Shown: positions 1 to 12,520, counted from the first letter of the stretch. The stretch: DNA of 64,000 bases from an uncultured Methanoregulaceae archaeon (GCA_963705255.1 OY970061.1:1280001-1344000); one strand, 5' to 3'. Notes: generated by a model not told the origin, from the sequence alone. Numbers and translations: made by a program.

Positions 1-1
1 C

Positions 2-97
2 ATCAGCGTCCCGCTTGAGGCCGCAGTCTCGCACCTGAAGACGGTCGATCCGGCATTGTACAAACTGGCCAGGACCGTAATCGGCGGAAGGAAATGA
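2..97 (+). CDS. 3' end of probable 6-phosphofructokinase (partial, runs off window start)
   Basis: Frame from 2 reads ISVPLEAAVSHLKTVDPALYKLARTVIGGRK*, resembling the PfkA-family C-terminal tail; abuts the pgi start. Confidence 0.6.
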   Translation: MSVPLEAAVSHLKTVDPALYKLARTVIGGRK

Positions 98-847
98 ATG
101 GCAGATAACGTACCTGAAAAGAGGGTGACGCAGGGGCAGCCGGTCCCCGTGTGCTGGAAAGGGCCGTTGCCGGAGCCCGCCGTCCGGGACATGGACGAGC
201 TCAGGAAGGTGCTCGCGCGGCCGGACTGCCCCTGCTCGGGACCGGCCTATTACATGTACCGCAATGTCGCAAGGTCAGCCGGAGACCGCAGGTGGATCGA
301 AGAACAGCAGATCCGCTTCGACATCACCGTCATGCCTCCCCGGGATCTCTGCGGGGAATATATCAAGACAAAAGGACATTTCCACCCGCCTAATCTTTCC
401 GGCACGGGCTATCCTGAGATCTATGAAGTACTTGCCGGCGAGGCCCACTACCTGATCCAGACGAGAGACTGTTCCGACGTCGTGCTGATCTCAGCCTGTG
501 CCGGGGAGATGGTGATCGTCCCGCCGGGATACGGCCATGTGACCATCAATCCCTCCCGTACTGCCGTCCTCCAGATGGCAAACATCGTCTCCTCGGTGTT
601 TGCCGGGGAATACCGGGGATACGAGGAGCGGGGCGGGGCTGCATTTTTCGAGATGAGGAACGGCGAGATCACGAAGAACCCGGCCTACCCGGACCACACA
701 GTCATGAGGATGCGGAAAGCCGGGAGGATTGCCGGGGAGTCCGGCACCATCACCGATCCCCTCTACAAACTGATTGAGCAGCGCTCGCCGGTCCTGGCGT
801 TCCTGAACCGGCCTGAGGAGTTCGGGCACCTGTTCCGGGAGCCGTAA
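98..847 (+). CDS. pgiA: Cupin-type (archaeal) glucose-6-phosphate isomerase
   Basis: TKGHFH, YPEIYEVLAG and VPPGYGHVTIN cupin metal-binding motifs. Confidence 0.9.
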   Translation: MADNVPEKRVTQGQPVPVCWKGPLPEPAVRDMDELRKVLARPDCPCSGPAYYMYRNVARSAGDRRWIEEQQIRFDITVMPPRDLCGEYIKTKGHFHPPNLSGTGYPEIYEVLAGEAHYLIQTRDCSDVVLISACAGEMVIVPPGYGHVTINPSRTAVLQMANIVSSVFAGEYRGYEERGGAAFFEMRNGEITKNPAYPDHTVMRMRKAGRIAGESGTITDPLYKLIEQRSPVLAFLNRPEEFGHLFREP

Positions 848-896
848 TCCGGTGGTAAAGGAGAGCCATGGGGATTGACGATCCGCCGGAACCCCT

Positions 897-2204
897 CTAC
901 ATGTTCAGCATGTACGGCAGGATCACCACGGCCAGCAGGACGATCAGCATGAGATAACTTACTGCGTTGACCACGTAGCCTGAGTACCGGGACCACCCTC
1001 GCCGGTCGAACGCCCGGTCGACACCCTCTTTCAGGATATATCCCCCGTCAAGCGGTACGAGCGGGAGAGCGTTGAAGGTCCCGACCACAACGTTGAACCA
1101 TCCACACCAGAAGAGGAGCTGGATAACGAACCAGAACTGGGAAAAGGGCACCTGCCACATCACCGCATCCGTAGTGTCGATGGTCAGGAGGCTGAACTGG
1201 CTCCACTGCCCGGGATCCGTGATGGTATAGATCGGGACTGCCAGCAGGATGACGGGACCGATGGGCCCACGGAGGAGATCGAACTGTGATTTTACCAGCG
1301 GGGCATCGTAATACGAGACCCCCATGAACCCGCTCTGCCGCGGCCCGAGCTCTGCCGGCCACGAGGTAACCGTCAGGGTATAGGGCTTCAGTTGACCGTT
1401 GTTCCCGACAAGGAGCCTGACCGGATCTCCGGGCCGGGTCGAGTTGAGCATACGGGCGACATCGTCCGTCGTCGATACGCTGATGCCGTTCACTTCCCGG
1501 ATCACCGAATTCGGGGGCAGGCCGGCAGCATAGGCGGGGGAGTCTACATAGACGCCGTGGACGAGTGGGGTGGAGAGCGGGACAGCAAAACCCAGCAGGA
1601 CGACCAGGAGGATAAAACAGACCAGCCCCAGGAGGATATTGTTGGTGATACCGGCCCCGAACATCCTCATCTTGGACAGGCCCTTCGCCTTCTCCTGGTC
1701 CTCTTCATCGGGCTCGACATAGGCGCCGACCGGGATCACCGCGAGCAGGACCCCCAGTGCCCGTACGCGGATCCCTTCGACGCGGCAGAGGACGGCATGC
1801 CCGAACTCGTGGACAACCATCGTGACGATAAGGCCGAACCAGACTGCAAAGGTGAAGGGGATGAAGTCGTTCACCCCGGGGATGGCAAGGACGTTCTTCG
1901 GTTCGTTGGCTGCCGTCAGCGGGGGGCGCTGGACCACGATGTGCTGGACGGAGTAAAACAGCATCGCGGTCATCAGGACCGAGACGAGCGCCACCATGAA
2001 GACGCCAAGCGTGCCGTAGATCCGCAGGAAAGTACGGAACCGGATAAACGCATCAAAAAACCCGACCTTGTCGGTCTTTACAGCCATGAACGGCCCGTAG
2101 AAGGTGATATGGTCCTGCCACAGTTTTTTCCTGTGAATAGAATACGCAGCGAGGGCATAGGCTGCGACAAGAAGAACTGCAGGAAGGATCCAGTCCATCA
2201 GCAA
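897..2204 (-). CDS. Site-2 protease (peptidase M50) with PDZ domain
   Basis: HEFGH zinc motif, NALPLVPLDGG motif, PDZ-like SPAYAAGL segment, multiple TM helices. Confidence 0.92.
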   Translation of the reverse strand: MLMDWILPAVLLVAAYALAAYSIHRKKLWQDHITFYGPFMAVKTDKVGFFDAFIRFRTFLRIYGTLGVFMVALVSVLMTAMLFYSVQHIVVQRPPLTAANEPKNVLAIPGVNDFIPFTFAVWFGLIVTMVVHEFGHAVLCRVEGIRVRALGVLLAVIPVGAYVEPDEEDQEKAKGLSKMRMFGAGITNNILLGLVCFILLVVLLGFAVPLSTPLVHGVYVDSPAYAAGLPPNSVIREVNGISVSTTDDVARMLNSTRPGDPVRLLVGNNGQLKPYTLTVTSWPAELGPRQSGFMGVSYYDAPLVKSQFDLLRGPIGPVILLAVPIYTITDPGQWSQFSLLTIDTTDAVMWQVPFSQFWFVIQLLFWCGWFNVVVGTFNALPLVPLDGGYILKEGVDRAFDRRGWSRYSGYVVNAVSYLMLIVLLAVVILPYMLNM

Positions 2205-2282
2205 CTATGGCATTTTCGGAGCAATAAAAGAATTGCCCGCAGTAACGGATCGACGGTTGCACCGGTCGTGCGAACAACGGCA

Positions 2283-2446
2283 GTCGAAGATTTACTTCGT
2301 AAATCTTCTCCTCTTCGAGGTTTGAAGGAGTATCAAACCCTGAGAAGGAGAAGGGAGGCAAAAGCCGACCTTCGACATTCTGATGATGGCTACAGTGGTC
2401 GAAGATTTCTGATGAAATCTTCTCCTCTTCGAGGTCTGAAGACCTC
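2283..2446. repeat. Two copies of a structured intergenic repeat (2283-2327, 2398-2441) with nested hairpins
   Basis: Both copies read GTCGAAGATTT-x-AAATCTTCTCCTCTTCGAGGTYTGAAG; variable positions keep stem pairing. Confidence 0.8.
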
Positions 2447-2452
2447 TCAGAT

Positions 2453-3091
2453 TCAGAAATCGAAGAGCTGGCTCTGCGATCTTTTTGCAAGGATCGCGCT
2501 GACCGTCTTCCAGCTCTTCCGGGCGATGGGCGGGGGGTGGTGGTGATCTTCGATATATGCGGTCAGGTACCGGATAGTGACCGGGTCTGACGGGTAACCG
2601 CTGCCGATCTCCCCGTATTTTTTTGCGAGGACTGAGATCGCCCGGTCACGCGTGACTTTTGCGACAATACTCGCTGCTGAGACAACAGGGAATTTCTCGT
2701 CGGCATGGTGCTCGGAGACGATCTCGCACTCGAGATCGAGATTATTCTTCACCATCTCGGCATAACGGAAAGCATTGACATCGCAGGCGTCGACATAGGC
2801 ACAGGACGGCGAGAGCCTGCTGATCGCCCGGGCGTGGGCCCTCGCGACCGCCGAGTTCAGGGTCATCTGGGTGCGGACAGAATCGATCTCCTCCGCATCG
2901 AGCTTCACCGTGGTGATCCTGCACCGTTTCCGGATCAGGGAATAGAGGCGTTCACGCTCTTTCTGCGCAAGGAGTTTTGAGTCCTTCACCCCGAGGTCGG
3001 CCAGCGCGTCCTCCGATGCAATACCGACGGCAGCAATCACCATCGGGCCCAGCACCGAGCCTTTCCCCGCCTCGTCGACCCCGCAGATCAC
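2453..3091 (-). CDS. rnhB: Ribonuclease HII
   Basis: GVDEAGKG, VKDSK, SAASIVAKV and GSGYPSDP motifs; C-terminal PIP-box-like QSQLFDF. Confidence 0.96.
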   Translation of the reverse strand: MICGVDEAGKGSVLGPMVIAAVGIASEDALADLGVKDSKLLAQKERERLYSLIRKRCRITTVKLDAEEIDSVRTQMTLNSAVARAHARAISRLSPSCAYVDACDVNAFRYAEMVKNNLDLECEIVSEHHADEKFPVVSAASIVAKVTRDRAISVLAKKYGEIGSGYPSDPVTIRYLTAYIEDHHHPPPIARKSWKTVSAILAKRSQSQLFDF

Positions 3092-3145
3092 GATCAGGAA
3101 TTGATGCGCAAATTATTTCAATGCCGGTGATAGAGACAGGTAGTC

Positions 3146-3208
3146 ATGTACATCATCGTCGTTGGGCTCGGCGGGATAGGGCGGAGCGTCGCAAAACTGG
3201 CAGTGGAA
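3146..3208 (+). pseudogene. N-terminal stub of a TrkA-like NAD-binding protein
   Basis: ATG at 3146 gives MYIIVVGLGGIGRSVAKLAVE (Rossmann GxGxxG start typical of TrkA-N); similarity then stops and the frame runs into the convergent GGR gene. Confidence 0.6.
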
Positions 3209-3239
3209 CCTGCGGCTCCTGAACAAACAACTCAAAAGA

Positions 3240-4436
3240 TCAGCGGATCGATGCTGCGAGCGCGCCCAGCTCGAGCACCAGTCTCGGGTTGATCCGGATT
3301 AACTCTTTTATCAGGGTAAGGGTAGAGAACTCCCGGAGGTTCAGTTTCGAGACGGAGTGGATGATCTCGTTGAGTTTTTCATCGGGCTGTTTTATCAAGT
3401 ATTCCTTGATGTGGTAATTCCGCTCGATCGCCTTGCCCATCCTGGACGTCCTCCAGGTCTTGTCATATACCATGAGGGCTTTTTTCGAGAGATCGCCCTT
3501 GCCGATACAGTCTGCAGCCACTTCTGCCGCAAGCCTGCCGGTGAACATCGCGTTGTAGATACCTCCGCCGGTCAGGGGGTCGACGACCCGTGCGGCATCT
3601 CCGGCAATGAGGAGACCGTCGCCCACTGTACAGTCAAGCGGTCGGCAGACCGAGACCCCCCCGGGGATATACTCGATGGTCTTTCCCTTCGGAAAGGTCT
3701 TTTTCACGAACCTGTCAAGGTAGTCCTTTGCCCGGTGGCCTGTCCCGCTCTTCCTGCCGGAGATGCCGATCCCGACATTTGCTGAACGCGCTCCCTTGGG
3801 GAATACCCAGAGGTACCCCTCCGGTGCGACATCGCTGCCGAGGTAAAAGATGGTGGAGTGGGGGTCGATATCGATGTCGGCCATGACGTACTGGACCGAG
3901 GACATGATCTCGCGGACCGGGACCGTCGTATCGATACCGCACCATTTCGAGAACTTCGACTCCACGCCGTCCGCGGCAACGACCACATCGGCGCTCACCT
4001 TCATGACCTTGCCGCAGTATTCGACTTTTGCGCCTTTGACAACCCCGTCCTCCAGGATCGGGGCTGCTGCCCGGGACTTGACGGCTACCTCGGCTCCTGC
4101 CTCTGCCGCCCTCCACACCAGCTCGCGGTCGAAGATCTTGCGGTCGAGCACGTACCCGACCTTGCTTCCCGCTATCGCTGACTCGAGTTTCATGAAAAAA
4201 CCGTCGGGCGCAACAATGCCTGCACCCGTCATTTCGGCAGAGATCCAGCGGGGGTCGGCCTCGATGAACTCGAGGAGGGCTTCCTTCCCGATACCTTCCG
4301 CACACCGGACCGGGGCGCCGATGGCCGGGCGTTTCTCGACGATACACGCGGTCAGCCCTTTCTCGACAGCGGTCTTTGCCGCAAGCGCTCCTGCCGGGCC
4401 TCCCCCGATGACGAGCACGTCGTACTTATTTCTCAT
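3240..4436 (-). CDS. Digeranylgeranylglycerophospholipid reductase (geranylgeranyl reductase family)
   Basis: GGGPAG FAD motif, [21 protein letters not shown]...PLTGGGI. Confidence 0.92.
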   Translation of the reverse strand: MRNKYDVLVIGGGPAGALAAKTAVEKGLTACIVEKRPAIGAPVRCAEGIGKEALLEFIEADPRWISAEMTGAGIVAPDGFFMKLESAIAGSKVGYVLDRKIFDRELVWRAAEAGAEVAVKSRAAAPILEDGVVKGAKVEYCGKVMKVSADVVVAADGVESKFSKWCGIDTTVPVREIMSSVQYVMADIDIDPHSTIFYLGSDVAPEGYLWVFPKGARSANVGIGISGRKSGTGHRAKDYLDRFVKKTFPKGKTIEYIPGGVSVCRPLDCTVGDGLLIAGDAARVVDPLTGGGIYNAMFTGRLAAEVAADCIGKGDLSKKALMVYDKTWRTSRMGKAIERNYHIKEYLIKQPDEKLNEIIHSVSKLNLREFSTLTLIKELIRINPRLVLELGALAASIR

Positions 4437-4602
4437 GCACTACCTCCAGGGCACCGAGGGGGCATACTTTCGCACAGATACCGCAGCTCGTGCAGTTCTT
4501 CTCAACGGAAAGGTAGGCGTCGATCAGTTCGAGGGCACCTTCAGAACAGACAGAGACGCAGCAACCGCAATATCCACAAATATCCCGATGTACTTTGAGC
4601 AT
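4426..4602 (-). CDS. 2x[4Fe-4S] ferredoxin (58 aa; not in ORF track)
   Basis: Translated by hand: [58 protein letters not shown]; overlaps GGR start, the usual GGR-ferredoxin pair. Confidence 0.92.
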   Translation of the reverse strand: MLKVHRDICGYCGCCVSVCSEGALELIDAYLSVEKNCTSCGICAKVCPLGALEVVHEK

Positions 4603-4750
4603 TGACTGAGCATATTGGTTTCCTGTTTCATTAATATTTACGGAAACTGTTCCGGATATCCTGTCATCGCACAGGTCTGGAACATGCTGCCGGCACCGTG
4701 AGGTTCACCCCCCCCGGCTGGAAGGAAACGATGCCAAAGATTAAGGGGGA

Positions 4751-4955
4751 AATATATTTATAAGATTGGAGGAAGGATGTTTCTATTGGGAGCCCGGCGT
4801 CTGTTGACCATTCATCACCGGGCTTCCCATATGCAGGACATGATTGAGCGTCTGAAAATGAGATTTTTTCGGCATCGTTTCTTCCATAAAAAAGGTCTGG
4901 CCACTTCTCTTCAATAAAATAGTTTTTAAATACAGATACATAGAAATATATTTCC
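4751..4955 (+). promoter_or_regulatory. Putative promoter region upstream of glnA with TATA-like boxes and two near-NrpR sites
   Basis: ATATTTATAAG (~4754) followed by GGAA-N6-TTCT (4771-4784); TTTTTAAATA (~4923) followed by AGAA-N6-TTCC (4942-4955); each is one mismatch from the GGAA-N6-TTCC consensus. Confidence 0.45.
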
Positions 4956-5045
4956 TAGTGCAGACACGGCATACCTAGCATGCCTGGTTATTTTGCACAT
5001 GCATTGGGCACCGTTTCAGTGTGTTCCTCTATGGATGGTGTTAGA

Positions 5046-6521
5046 ATGGCACAAGCGAATAAACCAAAAAAAATGACAGAAGTGACAAAAGAGCAGGTCA
5101 GCGGTGTGACTTCTCTTATAAAAAAGAAGAATATCCAGATCGTTGACCTGAAATTCAACGACCTGCCCGGCCTCTGGCAGCATTTCTCAATCCCTGCATC
5201 GGAATTGAGCGACTCTCCTGATCCCAAGTCGGGAATCTGGTCGGAAGGGATAGGCTTCGACGGTTCCTCAATCCGCGGGTTCCAGAAGATCCAGGAGTCG
5301 GACATGGTCCTGTACCTGGATGCTGCTACCGCGGTGACCGACCCGGTCTGCGAAGTACCCACGCTCTCGATCATCTGCAACGTTTTTGATCCGGTGACCA
5401 AGGAAGCCTACACGAGGGACCCGAGGTTTATTGCCCAGAAGGCGGAGGAGTATCTCAAGTCCACCGGCATTGCCGACCAGAGTTTCTGGGGGCCGGAGTA
5501 CGAGTTCTTCCTCTTCGATGATGTCAGGTACTCCCAGACCGTCAACCAGGGGTTCTACTCGGTGGATTCGGTAGAAGGTATCTGGAACTCCGGGCGGGAC
5601 GAGCAGCCCAACCTCGGGTACAAACCCCGCCACAAGGAAGGGTACTTCCCGGTACCGCCGCACGACTCGCTCCAGGATGTCCGGAGCCAGATGATCCTCA
5701 AGATGATTGAGACGGGAATTCCTATCGAAGTCCACCACCACGAGGTGGCAACTGCCGGCCAGAACGAGATCGACATACGATACAGTCCGCTGGTCAGGAT
5801 GGCGGACCACTGCATGATGTACAAGTATATCGTCAAGAATATGGCCCGCGACTTTGGCATGGTCGCGACCTTCATGCCCAAGCCCCTCTTCGGGGACAAC
5901 GGCTCGGGGATGCACACCCACCAGTCGCTCTGGAAGAACGGAAAGAACCTCTTCTTCGATGCGAAGGGATACGGCATGATCAGTGAGACAGCAAAATATT
6001 ATGTCGGCGGTCTCCTGAAACATGCCAACGCTCTCATGGCGTTCTGCGCACCGTCCACCAACTCCTACAAGCGGCTCGTGCCGGGTTACGAGGCCCCCGT
6101 CAATCTCGTGTACCCGCTCAGGAACCGTTCTGCTGCCGTCAGGATCCCGATGTACTCGGAGAATCCCAAAACAAAACGGATCGAGTTCCGCCCGCCTGAC
6201 CCGATGTGCAACCCGTACCTCTCCTTCTCTGCGCTCCTCATGGCAGGCATCGACGGTGTCAAAAAGAAGATCGACCCTGGCAAGCCGTTCGAGGGCAACA
6301 CCTACGAGCTCGAAGGAAAGGCAGCCAAGAAACTCCCGACCGTCCCCGGTTCACTTGAACAGGCCATTGACGCGCTCGAGGCGGATCACAAGTTCCTGCT
6401 TGAGGGAGGCGTCTTCACCCAGGACGTGATCGATGTCTGGATCGAGTACAAACGCTCTGAGATAGACGAGGTCAGGCTCCGCCCCCACCCGTGGGAGTTC
6501 CAGTTGTACTTCGATATGTAA
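5046..6521 (+). CDS. glnA: Glutamine synthetase type I (beta-type)
   Basis: FDGSSIRGF, HHHEVATAGQNEI, FMPKPLFGDNGSGMHTHQSLW, NSYKRLVPGYEAP, RIEFRPPDP; start placed at MAQANK. Confidence 0.96.
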   Translation: MAQANKPKKMTEVTKEQVSGVTSLIKKKNIQIVDLKFNDLPGLWQHFSIPASELSDSPDPKSGIWSEGIGFDGSSIRGFQKIQESDMVLYLDAATAVTDPVCEVPTLSIICNVFDPVTKEAYTRDPRFIAQKAEEYLKSTGIADQSFWGPEYEFFLFDDVRYSQTVNQGFYSVDSVEGIWNSGRDEQPNLGYKPRHKEGYFPVPPHDSLQDVRSQMILKMIETGIPIEVHHHEVATAGQNEIDIRYSPLVRMADHCMMYKYIVKNMARDFGMVATFMPKPLFGDNGSGMHTHQSLWKNGKNLFFDAKGYGMISETAKYYVGGLLKHANALMAFCAPSTNSYKRLVPGYEAPVNLVYPLRNRSAAVRIPMYSENPKTKRIEFRPPDPMCNPYLSFSALLMAGIDGVKKKIDPGKPFEGNTYELEGKAAKKLPTVPGSLEQAIDALEADHKFLLEGGVFTQDVIDVWIEYKRSEIDEVRLRPHPWEFQLYFDM

Positions 6522-6766
6522 CGATAATCCTCTTTTTTTCACGACAGATATGCTCTGCCTGGCAGATGCTCAGGGCGCACATTCCGAATACGGTAGACAG
6601 GCGGAACCAACAGTACGTCCCCGCCTTACGAGTAGAGGATTACCGCGCCGGTCCGGGGGTCTTCAATTGCATCCTTCACCTTCGGGTGGACTGCGTATCT
6701 CCGCACCTGGCGCATCGGTAAGTACCGCGATCCCACTTTTGAACGCGCTGCCCGGAAGGGTCGGAA

Positions 6767-7970
6767 CTATGGTTGGATGTGCAGATTCTCATCGGTCACG
6801 TAACAGAAGGGATCTTCCGCCAGGAAATCCCCCCCCGCTGCATGTGCCCGGACCCGGCAGCCGCCCCCGCAGAGTTCACGATAGCTGCACGCCCCGCACC
6901 TGCCCCCGAACCGGGCCTCCTTTTCCCGGAACCGGGCGAGGACAGGATTGGCCGTGTCCGCCCAGAGCCCGCTGAACGGGCGGTCCCTGATGTTCCCCAC
7001 GAGAAATTCCGGTGAACGGGCAAACTGGCACGGAAACACGTTTCCCCGTGCATCGATATTTGCCACGCGGGTACCGGCACTGCATCCGCCCTTTAAGGAT
7101 GCCAGCAACCCGCGGGCATCGGCAAGATCTTCAGACCTGTCCTGCTCCATGGACCCGAGCAGGTGGATGCAGTCCTGAGGAGCATCGACCGTAAGAAACT
7201 CCATAGATGAGGGGTCTATCTGCTTTGCTTTCCGGTAGAGGAGGGTGAGGACCTCCGTCACCTCGCTCTGGCCCAGCTGCAACCGGGAATAGGAATCGAT
7301 CCCCCGTCCTGCGGGCACGAGCCAGTACAGGCAGAAGCGCGAGGCGCCAAGCTCCAGGGCACGATCGACAAGGGCTTCAAGTTCCCGGTGGTTCTCCCGG
7401 GTGAGCGTGACCCGCACCCCGCACCGGAGCCCGGCTTCATGGCAGGCTGCAAATGCTGCGACGGTCTGTCCAAACGCACCGGGTGAATTCCGGAACCGGT
7501 CATGGGTCTCTACCGTAGCACCGTCAAGCGAGATCCCGGCGTACTCTATCCCGCTTTCCCGGATCCTGACAGCGACGTCAGGGGTGATCAGCGTCCCGTT
7601 GGTGCTGAGTGCCATTTTGAGACCGCGGTCCCTGGCATGACGGGCCAGTTCCCAGATATCCTCCCTCAGGAGCGGTTCCCCGCCCGAGAACAGGATGAGC
7701 GGGACGCCCATACCGGCGAGGTCATCGATGACCTGCACCGCTTCTCCGGTCGTGAGTTCCCCTGCCGTCTCGCGTCCGGGTCCCGATCTGTTGTAGCAGT
7801 GGGTGCAGGCTCAGGTTGCAGAGGTCCGTCAGGTTCCAGAAGACCACCGGGCGGTACATTCCCGAGAATGCCAGATAGGAACTGGGCACATCAGTCTCCG
7901 GTGTGTGCCGGTGCCGGATGACGGAACTCACCGTTCCCCGCCCGTGCAGGCACTGGGTAATCCGGTTCAC
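6767..7970 (-). CDS. ahbC: Radical SAM/SPASM heme biosynthesis protein, AhbC/NirJ1-like (frameshift at ~7808)
   Basis: ORFs 7722..7970 and 6767..7738 join by removing one base, restoring RPVVFWNLTDLCNLSCTHCY; FSGGEPLLR; SPASM CSAG...CQF...CGACSYRELCGGGCR. Confidence 0.8.
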
Positions 7971-8449
7971 AGGAGATCCCCTCCGTTCTCCCGCAGCCTC
8001 ACATTCGGCACACGCTTGAACTCGCGGGTGCTGAAGAGGACGGTATAATCCTGACAGCCGGTCTTTTCTGCAATGGCCCCGACCTCATCCAGCACCTGCT
8101 CCCTGCTGTACCCGTGGTGCACGGTATAATGGGTGTACTCCCACCGCCCCGGTACCGGGCGGCGTTCATAGCAGTGGGTCACGGAGGGAAACGCTGCGAG
8201 CAGGTTTCCCATGTCACCGGCACCCCCCGGTTTCCACGCCACAAGGGCGTTCGCGGTGATGCCCACCTTCCGCTGGTCAATGCGGACCCGGAGTTTGCGG
8301 ATTACGCCGGCAGACTTGAGGAGCCGGATCCGTTCCACCACTTCATCACCGCTCAGGCCCAGCCGTCTTCCGGTCTCCTCGAAGGGAGCCGGGACGAGCG
8401 GGAGGCCGAGTTCCAGTTCCCGGAGGAGGCGAACATCAGTCTGGTCCAT
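7967..8449 (-). CDS. ahbB: Siroheme decarboxylase subunit beta (Lrp/AsnC-like fold)
   Basis: ANALVAW, VTHCYER, YTVHHG, REFKR; overlaps neighbouring ahb genes. Confidence 0.85.
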   Translation of the reverse strand: MDQTDVRLLRELELGLPLVPAPFEETGRRLGLSGDEVVERIRLLKSAGVIRKLRVRIDQRKVGITANALVAWKPGGAGDMGNLLAAFPSVTHCYERRPVPGRWEYTHYTVHHGYSREQVLDEVGAIAEKTGCQDYTVLFSTREFKRVPNVRLRENGGDLL

Positions 8450-8942
8450 CAGTCATCTCCCGTGCCGGTATCAGGGAGAACCGCACATCGATCTTTATCT
8501 TTTTAGCCGTCGGCAGGTCAAGGACATCCGATGCCGGGATCCCGGTCCTCCGGAGAATATCATCCAGCACGTTCCGGACGCCCTTCCCGTTCTGTGCAGC
8601 GATCGTGAACCAGAGGCAATAAAAATGGTCACGCTGGAAGTTATGCGATACTTCCGGATAGCTGCTGATCAGGGCAGCGACCTCGTCCACTCTCTCTTCC
8701 GGTACGTGGAGGGCCACCAGTGTTGCTGCATGCAACCCCAGGGAGCGGGACTCAAGCACCGGGGATATGCCCCGGATAATTCCTGCTTCCTCCAGTTTTT
8801 TCATCCGCCCGAGCATCCCGGTTTCCGTCATTCCCAGGCGATCTGCGATCGCTTTCCATGGCCGGGGTACGAGCGGAAGGTCATCCTGAAGGGCGTTGAG
8901 TATGGCAAGGTCGGTCGGGTCCGGCTGGATGGGTCCGCTCAT
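8436..8942 (-). CDS. ahbA: Siroheme decarboxylase subunit alpha
   Basis: LQDDLPLVPRPW, VSHNFQR, LWFTI, KIKIDVRF. Confidence 0.85.
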   Translation of the reverse strand: MSGPIQPDPTDLAILNALQDDLPLVPRPWKAIADRLGMTETGMLGRMKKLEEAGIIRGISPVLESRSLGLHAATLVALHVPEERVDEVAALISSYPEVSHNFQRDHFYCLWFTIAAQNGKGVRNVLDDILRRTGIPASDVLDLPTAKKIKIDVRFSLIPAREMTDGPD

Positions 8943-10082
8943 GAGGACACGCCCCCGGGGTGGTAGGTGCACCACGGATCTTCACCGCAGACCTCCCCTT
9001 TGAGTATATCCGGCGTGGCCAGACCGTCGCACCAGAGAGAAGAGGCAGCATCCACGCGCCGGTATGCCCGGGCCCTGCACCCGCCGCAGATCGTCCTGAA
9101 GCTGCAACGCCCGCACTTTCCCGTGAGCCGGTCCGGATCGCGGAGCGCGGCAAAGAGAGCGGAATTATTCCAGATCTCGTAAAACGGCGTGATCCGCACG
9201 TTGCCGGCGCTCACCGGCAGGTACGGGCAGGGGGTCACGTCACCGTTGGCAAAGATCCGGCAGTAGGTGATACCGGCGAGGCAGCCCCGTCCCCACCCGG
9301 GGCTGGTGATGCCAAGGCCGTCCGCAATCCTGCGGAACTGCGGGGCGCAGGTCGGACGGATATTGAAACCGGAGTTCCGGTACCTGATGAGAATTTGCCG
9401 TATTAATTCCTCGGTACTCCTCCGGGCTGCGGGGCTCGATCTGGCGTGCCCGTCCGGTAGGGATAGGGAAGAAGAGCTGGTAATCGCGGACCCCGAGGGA
9501 AGTTCCGAGCCCGATTACATCTTCGACGTCCTTGATGGCCGACCGCATCACCGACATGTTGATCTGGACGGCGATTCCCGCATCGCGGCAGTGCCCGATG
9601 GCCTGAACGGCCTTTTCCCACACCCCGTCAAGGCCCCGGAACGCGTCGTGGGTGACCGGGTCGTTCGAATCAAGGCTTATGGCCACAGCCCGTATTCCCG
9701 CTTCCCTGAGTTTTGCCGCGGTATCGTGGTCGATGAAGTACCCGCTGGTGCCCATGACCATGCGGAGTCCCTGCCCCGTGCCGTACTGTGCAATCGCATA
9801 GATGTCCTCCCGGAGAAGGGGTTCGCCACCGCTCAGCACGACGACCGGTGTGCCGGTCGCCCGGATCTGGTCGATGACAGCGAATGCCTCCTGCGTGGAG
9901 AGCACTCCGTCCGCCTCCTCATCGCCTGCGTCCACGTAGCAGTGGGAACACTTCAGGGGGCACCTGAGCGTGATGTTCCACGAGATGATACGCGGCGCAC
10001 CCGGTGCACGGTTCAATGTTTCAGCCCCTTTTGCCACACACTGCCCGGGTTCCTTATTCACCTTCGTGAGGTTCTCCGCCAT
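8939..10082 (-). CDS. ahbD: Radical SAM/SPASM heme synthase, AhbD/NirJ2-like (frameshift at ~9413)
   Basis: PRIISWNITLRCPLKCSHCY; removing one base at ~9413 gives PEEYEELIRQ...PTCAPQF...GCLAGITYCRIFANGDVTPCPYL and joins ORF 8939..9238. Confidence 0.8.
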
Positions 10083-10096
10083 TGAAGACGTTCATG

Positions 10097-12383
<2,287 letters not shown>

Positions 12384-12520
12384 TCAGCAACCGGAATACC
12401 CTGATCCGTTGTGAGAGTTTTTTCTTGTCCATGGTTTGTCACGTGTGAATTGTAGTTCATGCCGCTATAATAACATACAGATGGAGCCAGTCACACATCA
12501 GTGTCGCGACGCGGGATTCC

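Noticed and set aside
1392-2546. Long antisense ORFs (e.g. 1392..2546, 16897..18057, 19736..21028, 31142..32374, 41999..43411, 60632..61945, 63262..63939)
   Set aside because: Shadow frames of real genes in GC-rich DNA, with no recognisable motifs
4642-4653. NrpR operator GGAAACTGTTCC
   Set aside because: The spacer is 4 nt, not the required 6
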